Assembly: GCA_037143195.1 (NCBI GenBank)
Contig: JBAWZD010000001.1
Location: forward strand, 80,892 to 144,891
Reading direction: 5' to 3'
Source of the DNA: a bacterium
GTDB lineage: Bacteria; Patescibacteriota; Minisyncoccia; Phycocordibacterales; UBA9973
Length of the DNA stretch: 64,000 nucleotides
Shown here: piece after piece, positions 8,570 to 15,563 of the stretch
Layout: every line of letters starts with the position of its first letter
Numbering within the stretch: the first letter of the stretch is position 1
Notes under the pieces: generated by a model
Database searches by the model: none
What the model saw: the letters and a program-made list of their open reading frames with translations, nothing else
Told to the model about the DNA's origin: nothing
Translations under genes and position numbers: made by a program

Positions 8570-10999
8570 ATGGATTTCCTCCCCGATGGGGTTGCTTTTA
8601 ATAAAAATATTACCTATCTCGCGAAAACAAATTTTCGCGCTCATGAGCAGGTATTCGGTATCAAGCGTAAGGATCGACGCCAGCATATGTACGTGCTTGG
8701 AAAGTCCGGTTCGGGTAAATCCGTGCTTCTTGGAAACATGATCGTCCAGAATATCTGGAACGGTGAAGGTGTGTGTGTCATCGACCCGCACGGCGAGCTT
8801 GTGGAAAGTGTACTTGCGACTATTCCTGCACACCGCGCGAAAGATGTCATCTATTTCAACCCAGCCGATACTGACTACCACATTGGATTCAATGTGCTTC
8901 AAGTGGACGATCCAAAGTACAAACACCTTGTGGCATCCGGACTTATGGGAATCTTTACCAAGATTTGGGCCAATGCGTGGAGTGCCCGTATGGAATACAT
9001 TTTGAACAATGCGATTCTTGCACTTGCCGATACACCTGGGTCAACACTGCTTGGTATTCCACGTCTCCTCGTGGATAAAGACTACCGTCAGGTGGTCATC
9101 AACAACTTGAAAGATCCAGTGATCAAAGCGTTCTGGATTCATGAATACGAAAACTGGCGTGATCAATATCGTAACGAAGCGATCGCTCCAATTCAAAACA
9201 AAGTCGGACAATTTCTTTCGACCTCTATTGTTCGTAACGTCGTTGGTCAAGCGAAGTCTACGATCGATTTGTTTGAAATGATGAACACGGGAAAAATATT
9301 CCTCGTCAACGTTTCAAAAGGACGTATCGGTGAAGACAACTCTGCACTGCTCGGAGGTATGATCATTACCAAGCTTCAGCTCGCGGCGATGGAACGCGTG
9401 CGTATTCCTGAAGACGAGCGTAAGGATTTCTATCTCTACGTGGACGAATTTCAAAACTTCGTGACCGATGCATTCGCGTCGATTCTTTCTGAGGCACGTA
9501 AATATCGTCTCAACCTCACACTCGCGCACCAATACATTGCTCAGCTGGTGACCAAAGATTCAGAGGCCGTGCGTGATGCCGTATTCGGAAACGTTGGAAC
9601 GATGATTGTGTTTCGTGTTGGTGCGGCAGACGCTGAATTCTTGGAGCAAGAATTTGAACCAGAGTTTATGATTCAAGACATGGTGAATTTGCCGAACTAC
9701 ACAATCTATCTCAAGCTCATGGTGGACGGTGTTACGTCTCGTCCATTTTCTGCAAAGACACTTCCTCCATACAAAATTCCAGAGAACAGTAACGTTGCAC
9801 AAGAAATCATCGAATCATCACGACGATTGTATGCGCGTCCACGCGAAACCGTTGAAAAAGAAATTAATGAATGGAGTGGAATGCTCGTTGGACTTGCCGA
9901 AGAAGGGAAGTTTAAGGCGGTATGTTCGTCGTGTGGCAAAGAAACGATGGTGCCATTTGAACCTGAGGCAGGACGTCCAGTGTATTGTAAGGAATGTATC
10001 GCCAAGATCAAATCGGGTGAAATGAAACCGCTCAAGGGAACGAAACAGGAAAGTCTTCGTCCTCAATCGTATGCTGCCCTTTCGAGTCTCGGAATCGAAT
10101 TCGTTTCTGACGGATCGCCAATGCCGAAGCCGAGTGCTCCGCGGGGCATGCCACCACCAATGGCGCGTCCTCCAATCGGAAAGCCATTCGTGCCAACACG
10201 CATGCCACTTCCAGTGACGAAACCTGTCATGAATGGAGCGAAAGCTTCCTCGCCCGTTGTACCAAAAGCACCAATCAAGGGCGGAGAAAAACCTTCGCTT
10301 GGCGCTATTGCTCGGGCGAATAATGCGCAGGCGGCTCGTGCGACACAAGCTCCTGAAAGTACACAATCTGATCGACCAAAGAATTTCCGAACGCCAAACG
10401 TCGAGCGCAAAGGTCCTGATCATGAAGGATTGCAGTCAATCTTGAAACAAGCACTCGGCAGTGCGATGAAAGAAGAAACACCGGTTGTTCCTCAAACAAC
10501 AAACACCGAGACAGTAAAAAATGGGCCAGACATGGTTGTTGAGAAAAAAGAGGAGCGACCAACGATATCGTTGTCAGCACTCAAGAAGCCTGATTCTGTC
10601 GTGAATGCTGCTCCAAAACTCCAGACCAAAACAGCTTCTGATGAACGTGTCTCGGCATTGCAGAATGCAATCGCACGAGCAGCAAAAATTGAAATCAAAC
10701 CGGAACCAAAAGTCGAACCTACGCCAATCGTTGAGGAAAAGAGCGAAGCTTCTCTCGCTCCAGTTGCTCCGCGGGTAGAGACTACTTTTGTTCCGCGCCC
10801 CGCACCGCCCGTGGTAGAGACTCCAACACCGAAAATAGATGTCACTCCTATACCTCAAGCCCCAAGTACTCCGCCACCACCTGCTGAAAAACAAACACCT
10901 GATGAGGACAAACAACCTGAAGAAAAACCGGCTGACGCAACTGGCAAAAAAGTTCGCGAAATTCCGGAAGATATCTTGAGGAAGGTTCTCAATGAATAA
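8570..10999 (+). CDS. P-loop NTPase paralog (ATPase-2) with a C-terminal zinc ribbon and a long Pro/Ala/Lys-rich disordered tail
   Basis: Walker A VLGKSGSGKS, VCVIDPHGEL, Walker B FYLYVDEFQN and EARKYRLNLTLAHQY are collinear with ATPase-1 over about 440 aa. This is followed by CSSCGK...YCKECIAKIK and roughly 330 aa of low-complexity sequence. Confidence 0.7.
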   Translation: MDFLPDGVAFNKNITYLAKTNFRAHEQVFGIKRKDRRQHMYVLGKSGSGKSVLLGNMIVQNIWNGEGVCVIDPHGELVESVLATIPAHRAKDVIYFNPADTDYHIGFNVLQVDDPKYKHLVASGLMGIFTKIWANAWSARMEYILNNAILALADTPGSTLLGIPRLLVDKDYRQVVINNLKDPVIKAFWIHEYENWRDQYRNEAIAPIQNKVGQFLSTSIVRNVVGQAKSTIDLFEMMNTGKIFLVNVSKGRIGEDNSALLGGMIITKLQLAAMERVRIPEDERKDFYLYVDEFQNFVTDAFASILSEARKYRLNLTLAHQYIAQLVTKDSEAVRDAVFGNVGTMIVFRVGAADAEFLEQEFEPEFMIQDMVNLPNYTIYLKLMVDGVTSRPFSAKTLPPYKIPENSNVAQEIIESSRRLYARPRETVEKEINEWSGMLVGLAEEGKFKAVCSSCGKETMVPFEPEAGRPVYCKECIAKIKSGEMKPLKGTKQESLRPQSYAALSSLGIEFVSDGSPMPKPSAPRGMPPPMARPPIGKPFVPTRMPLPVTKPVMNGAKASSPVVPKAPIKGGEKPSLGAIARANNAQAARATQAPESTQSDRPKNFRTPNVERKGPDHEGLQSILKQALGSAMKEETPVVPQTTNTETVKNGPDMVVEKKEERPTISLSALKKPDSVVNAAPKLQTKTASDERVSALQNAIARAAKIEIKPEPKVEPTPIVEEKSEASLAPVAPRVETTFVPRPAPPVVETPTPKIDVTPIPQAPSTPPPPAEKQTPDEDKQPEEKPADATGKKVREIPEDILRKVLNE

Positions 11000-11027
11000 T
11001 TAGTAATTAGTTTTTTTGTGTTTTCTC

Positions 11028-12563
11028 ATGCGCCATATTTCTATGTGTGTTCTTTTTGGTGTGATGTTTGTGAGTGTGCTATGTTTGGGCGTGAAGTACG
11101 TACAGGCCTCGAATGGTTTAGAAATATCAGAAATAATGTACGACCCGAGTGGTACTGATACGAATCGCGAGTGGATTGAAGTACACAATACAAGTTCTGA
11201 GAGTATTGATCTCGCGGGATATTTTTTGTTGACGGATGGTTTGTCGAGCTCGCATCATGCGCTCGCGCCTGTCGGCGCGAGCGCAATCCCACATGACGGA
11301 TATGCCGTCATCGTTCAGGATGTGAATGCATTCAAAACAGATTATCCAAATTACTCAGGATTGCTGTTTGATTCTAGTTGGACAGGACTTACTGCAAGTA
11401 GTGGTAAAACAATCGCCCTCATTGATACCGCGGGAGTGGTGCTTGATCAAGTCACATATGACCCATCGATCGGTGCGACAAACGATGGCAATTCGTTACA
11501 AAAAAATTCCACCGGCGCATGGGTGAGTGCACCGCCGACACCGAATAGTGCTCTCCAAAATACTGATACGAATTCTCATGCTACGACAGATACAGGAACG
11601 AACGAGCAAACAACAAATCAAAGCGCGAGTAGTGTTTCGGTGCTTGCTCCCGTGAGTTCCGAAAAAAATGTTGAATCAAAAGCGACCGTACCACATATCG
11701 ATTTTTCGATTCCAAAAATCGCAACCACCGGTATTCCGGTTCCAATCGTGTATACCGTTTATGGTGCACAAGGAGATATCCGCTATTACGGGAGTGTTCA
11801 TATTGCGTTTGGAGATGGTTCGGAATATGGTGGTTCGTCAAAGGATGAGACCTCACACATCTATCAATCCGCGGGAACATATATTGTGAAGCTCGACTAT
11901 CGCTCAAATTCGTATATACAAAAACCTGACATGTCTGTGCGAGCGACCGTCGTCGTGTCGAGCCCGAGCGTTGTAGTGTCGCAGGTTACCTCAGATGATT
12001 CAATCGTGCTCGCGAATACGAGCACGAGCGAGGCAGATATTTCGGGGTGGATTCTGACTGCAACCCTCGGTGAAAAGAAAAACGAATTTCACATTCCCGA
12101 TGGTACGATTATTGCACCCAAGGCGATAGTAACAGTACCCGCAAGTGTCGTCGGATTTTTGGGTGACGTTCCGACGATTACACTCTCGTTACCACTGCAT
12201 ATACCGGTTAGTACCTATACAATGAGTATCGAAAACGAAACGGATCAACCCATTGTTGCAGCAACACCAAATCAAAGAGCGACTATCTCAACAATCGATC
12301 AATCAGAAAAATCACCTGAAACAAATGTCGAAATGAATAGTGCGCTCGCGCTCCAACCAACAGAAACAAAAACAGGGAAGTCATTCTTTTGGTATGCGAT
12401 GTTTCTGCTTGTCGTGATTGCGTGTTCTGTTTATTCGTTTCTACGTTTTGTCGGAATAAAAAAACAAGATGGAGATATCCCAATCGTTCGTGAAGCATTC
12501 GCGCAAGAAGTAGAAGGCGAGCATCCGAGTGGTATTGATGATGTGCGGATTGTCGAAGAATAG
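11028..12563 (+). CDS. membrane-anchored extracellular protein with two lamin-tail domains (LTD)
   Basis: Signal-peptide-like N-terminus. LTD signature LEISEIMYDPSGTDTNREWIEVHN...DLAGYFLLTDG, and a second LTD-like segment SIVLANTSTSEADISGWILT. C-terminal TM anchor FFWYAMFLLVVIACSVYSFL. The ATG at 11028 is preferred over the TTG at 11016. Confidence 0.6.
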   Translation: MRHISMCVLFGVMFVSVLCLGVKYVQASNGLEISEIMYDPSGTDTNREWIEVHNTSSESIDLAGYFLLTDGLSSSHHALAPVGASAIPHDGYAVIVQDVNAFKTDYPNYSGLLFDSSWTGLTASSGKTIALIDTAGVVLDQVTYDPSIGATNDGNSLQKNSTGAWVSAPPTPNSALQNTDTNSHATTDTGTNEQTTNQSASSVSVLAPVSSEKNVESKATVPHIDFSIPKIATTGIPVPIVYTVYGAQGDIRYYGSVHIAFGDGSEYGGSSKDETSHIYQSAGTYIVKLDYRSNSYIQKPDMSVRATVVVSSPSVVVSQVTSDDSIVLANTSTSEADISGWILTATLGEKKNEFHIPDGTIIAPKAIVTVPASVVGFLGDVPTITLSLPLHIPVSTYTMSIENETDQPIVAATPNQRATISTIDQSEKSPETNVEMNSALALQPTETKTGKSFFWYAMFLLVVIACSVYSFLRFVGIKKQDGDIPIVREAFAQEVEGEHPSGIDDVRIVEE

Positions 12564-12568
12564 AAATA

Positions 12569-12596
12569 AAAATACCCCGAGTGTCGGGGTATTTTT
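12569..12596. terminator. intrinsic terminator closing the 3574-12563 gene block
   Basis: aaaataccccga gtg tcggggtattttt: a 10-bp stem with a 3-nt loop and a T-tract. Confidence 0.55.
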
Positions 12597-12840
12597 ATGA
12601 GAGGCGATTACTTGTTTTCATTTTTTTCGTGAGACTTCTCGTCGTGGCCTTCACTTTGGCAATGACATGCCTCGAGTGGTTGACCGTGTTTTGCACAGGA
12701 TTCGGCCTGACACGTTCCTGGCGTAAGGGAGATACCTTTGCATCCGCCCGTACAGATGTAGTGTTCTTTCATCGCAACGCTTACTTAGCCCGCAGTGTGC
12801 GGGTATTTAATAATACGCACACCTACAGTATAATCGAAAT

Positions 12841-13434
12841 ATGAAAAAGCGAGAAGCGCTCGCTGAGCTCAATGAGCGCAATCACCAAGTAAATACCTGT
12901 TCGCTCAAAAGCCTTGCCACGCAAGCGGTATTTGGTGCTGGTTCTCCGACCGCCGAAGTCGTTTTTATTGGGGAGGCTCCGGGCAAAACGGAGGACAAAC
13001 TCGGTATCCCGTTTATGGGTTCAGCCGGAAGATTCTTGGATGAGATGCTTAGCGAAATTAAGCTTTCTCGCAGTGATGTATATATAACGAACGTAGTGAA
13101 ATATCGACCGCCCAACAATCGTGATCCGTTGCCCGAGGAAAAGGACGCATGCCGGGCGTGGCTCATTGAAGAACTCGAACTTGTGCAACCGAAGTTGATT
13201 GTGTTTCTTGGTCGTCATGCACTACGAAGTTTTTTTCCTGATCTAAAAATTGGTGAAGCACACGGAAAGCTCGTTCACGCTCACGTTGATGGATTGCACA
13301 CGGAATATTTTCTTCCGCTGTACCATCCTGCGAGTGCTCTCTATAATGGTGCGCTACGCGAAACACTCAAAAAAGATTTTGTGCAGATCTTGAATGCTCT
13401 GAAAAAAATCGAGCGTGGTGAGGGGCGAGATTAA
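12841..13434 (+). CDS. uracil-DNA glycosylase, family 4-like (UDG superfamily)
   Basis: Motif [24 protein letters not shown] and motif [16 protein letters not shown] hexamer sits 7 nt upstream of the ATG. Confidence 0.75.
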   Translation: MKKREALAELNERNHQVNTCSLKSLATQAVFGAGSPTAEVVFIGEAPGKTEDKLGIPFMGSAGRFLDEMLSEIKLSRSDVYITNVVKYRPPNNRDPLPEEKDACRAWLIEELELVQPKLIVFLGRHALRSFFPDLKIGEAHGKLVHAHVDGLHTEYFLPLYHPASALYNGALRETLKKDFVQILNALKKIERGEGRD

Positions 13435-14699
13435 TGAGTCCGAGCGGCTTCTTCTTCGGCGAAGATGCAAGTCGGACAGGACTCGGTGAGCATTCCTCCT
13501 TCGCGCCATACAGTAAATGCCTTGTGCAAGGGGAGAATGGAAAGGAAGAATTTGAAGTCAATGATTTGACGAAGCCACCAAAACAAACGACCGCTGAGCG
13601 TTATATTTTTGTAGGTTAGTACGGCCCAATTTTCTCCAATTGGGATGACGTACGGTGTGACACGTGGATCGTGGCGAGGAAGTTTTCTGTGACGAATGAT
13701 ATTCGCAATCATTTCTCCCATGTAATTGCCATCATAAATCGCAGTCTGTGCAGTACCAGAAAATGGAGTCGCGGCACCGTCACCGACGGCAAATACGGTA
13801 TCGAGATCCTGCACTTTGAGATGTTCATCGACGAGTATTCGGCCAGCTTTGTCGAGAGGGAGTCCTTGAATGAGCGCATGTACACGATTTGGTCGAACAC
13901 CTGCCGTCCAGACGACCGTCTTTGCATTGAGCGCGATGTCTTTCATGTAGACACCTTTTTCATCTTCATTTGTAACTGCATGGTTGAGGATGATATTGAT
14001 GCCGAGCTTATCAAGACGTTTTACAACGCGCTCTGATACGGCTTCAGACATTGTTGGAAGGAGTCGAGATGCTGCTTGTAAAATATCGACGGTCACGAGT
14101 TTTTCTGAAATCGTGTGAATACGCGCGAGACTTCGAGCATAGCGTCTGATTTCACCAGCGAGCTCAACACCAGCTGGACCTCCGCCGACGATGACGAATT
14201 GAAATTGTGGCATAATCTCCGCCTTTGAGAGACCTGAGTGATCGTCGAACAATTCATGCAAATGATTTTTGAGTTTTAGTGCTGAGCCGACGGATTTAAT
14301 CGTGTAGGAATTTTGCTCAACTCCAGGGATACCGAAGTATGCAGTCTCTGCACCGAGTGCAAGCACGAGATAGTCGTAATGATAGACAGAACCACTTGCT
14401 CCAGTCAGTGTTCGCGTGACGACAGATCCACCAGTGATGGTATCAATGACGTATTCAATTTTTTTCCTGCCAATAATATCTCCAAGTGGAATACAGGTTT
14501 CCATCGGGGATTTGCCGGTAGCGAGCTTGTAGAGTGCTGGCGTGTATTCAAAATGGTGACGATCGGAGATGAGTGTGATGATGAGGTTTGGAATTTTTGC
14601 TTTTTCCAAACGAAGTGCCGTGCGAATTCCACCGAAGCCTCCGCCGATGATAAGAACACGTGTTGGATTTGCAGGAACACCGACCGGTGATGAATTCAT
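13431..14699 (-). CDS. ndh: type II NADH dehydrogenase / FAD-dependent pyridine nucleotide-disulfide oxidoreductase
   Basis: N-terminal FAD site VLIIGGGFGGIRTAL, a second dinucleotide site FVIVGGGPAGVELAGE, 422 aa. Confidence 0.8.
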   Translation of the reverse strand: MNSSPVGVPANPTRVLIIGGGFGGIRTALRLEKAKIPNLIITLISDRHHFEYTPALYKLATGKSPMETCIPLGDIIGRKKIEYVIDTITGGSVVTRTLTGASGSVYHYDYLVLALGAETAYFGIPGVEQNSYTIKSVGSALKLKNHLHELFDDHSGLSKAEIMPQFQFVIVGGGPAGVELAGEIRRYARSLARIHTISEKLVTVDILQAASRLLPTMSEAVSERVVKRLDKLGINIILNHAVTNEDEKGVYMKDIALNAKTVVWTAGVRPNRVHALIQGLPLDKAGRILVDEHLKVQDLDTVFAVGDGAATPFSGTAQTAIYDGNYMGEMIANIIRHRKLPRHDPRVTPYVIPIGENWAVLTYKNITLSGRLFWWLRQIIDFKFFLSILPLHKAFTVWREGGMLTESCPTCIFAEEEAARTH

Positions 14700-14784
14700 G
14701 TCTCTTTATTGTATCACGCTTGAGGCGTTGCCAAAAATGATGAGTGCGGGTATAGTGCTCGGTATGGGAATTCAAACATTTTTG

Positions 14785-15075
14785 ATGAAGAAGGCATTAC
14801 AAGCAAAGGGTATGTCTAAGGAACAGGCCGAGATGATTGCCGACAAACTTGAGAAAGATCCTTCGATCGCCGATAAGATGAAAGCACTTGAGAGTAATAA
14901 AGAACTCAAGACTTTGTTTGAAAATATTCAAAAAGAAATCGAACAAAAAACCAAAAGGGGAATGCCTGAGCAATATGCTGCGATGGCCGTGATGACGAAA
15001 TATAAAGATCAGGTCGCAAAACATCGCGATGATCTCGCGCCACTCATGGAACTCATGATGGGCATCAAGGGTTAA
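14785..15075 (+). CDS. hypothetical small all-helical protein (start uncertain; the open frame extends back to 14698)
   Basis: ORF immediately upstream of mscL on the same strand. Lys/Glu-rich predicted helices. No recognisable domain. Confidence 0.3.
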   Translation: MKKALQAKGMSKEQAEMIADKLEKDPSIADKMKALESNKELKTLFENIQKEIEQKTKRGMPEQYAAMAVMTKYKDQVAKHRDDLAPLMELMMGIKG

Positions 15076-15086
15076 TCTTTAATCAC

Positions 15087-15488
15087 ATGATAGACGACTT
15101 CAAAAAATTCTTGCTTCGTGGCAACGTAATCGACCTCGCGGTGGGTGTTGTTATCGGTGCCGCGTTTGGAGCGATTGTTTCTGCACTTGTGACTGATTTG
15201 ATCACGCCACTGATCGCGGCTATTGCAAAAGTTCCTGATTTTTCCGGAATGTATTTTACGCTTCACGGAAGCAAATTTATGTATGGTCATTTTGTTAATG
15301 CACTCATATCATTTTTCCTCGTTTCGGGATCTGTCTTTTTCTTTGTCGTCCGACCAATGAACGCACTCATCTCACGTTCACGAAAAGAAAAAACAATTCA
15401 TCCCACAACAAAAAAATGTGCCGAGTGTCTCAGCGAGATTCCAATTGAGGCGAAGCGATGCGCGTACTGTGCACAACTTGTCGATTAA
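15087..15488 (+). CDS. mscL: large-conductance mechanosensitive channel MscL with a C-terminal CxxC...CxxC zinc ribbon
   Basis: N-terminal MIDDFKKFLLRGNVIDLAVGVVIGAAFGAIV is canonical MscL TM1. The C-terminus is KKCAECLSEIPIEAKRCAYCAQ. Confidence 0.85.
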   Translation: MIDDFKKFLLRGNVIDLAVGVVIGAAFGAIVSALVTDLITPLIAAIAKVPDFSGMYFTLHGSKFMYGHFVNALISFFLVSGSVFFFVVRPMNALISRSRKEKTIHPTTKKCAECLSEIPIEAKRCAYCAQLVD

Positions 15489-15563
15489 TATCGCTCCACA
15501 ATAGATATGCTTCTGACAATGCGTAAAACCTGTTACTATAGGTATGGGTCTCGCAAAAATCAT

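Noticed and set aside
9818-10423. 201-aa ORF on the - strand
   Set aside because: It is antisense to the low-complexity tail of ATPase-2. Its Arg/Trp/His-rich composition is typical of a shadow ORF.
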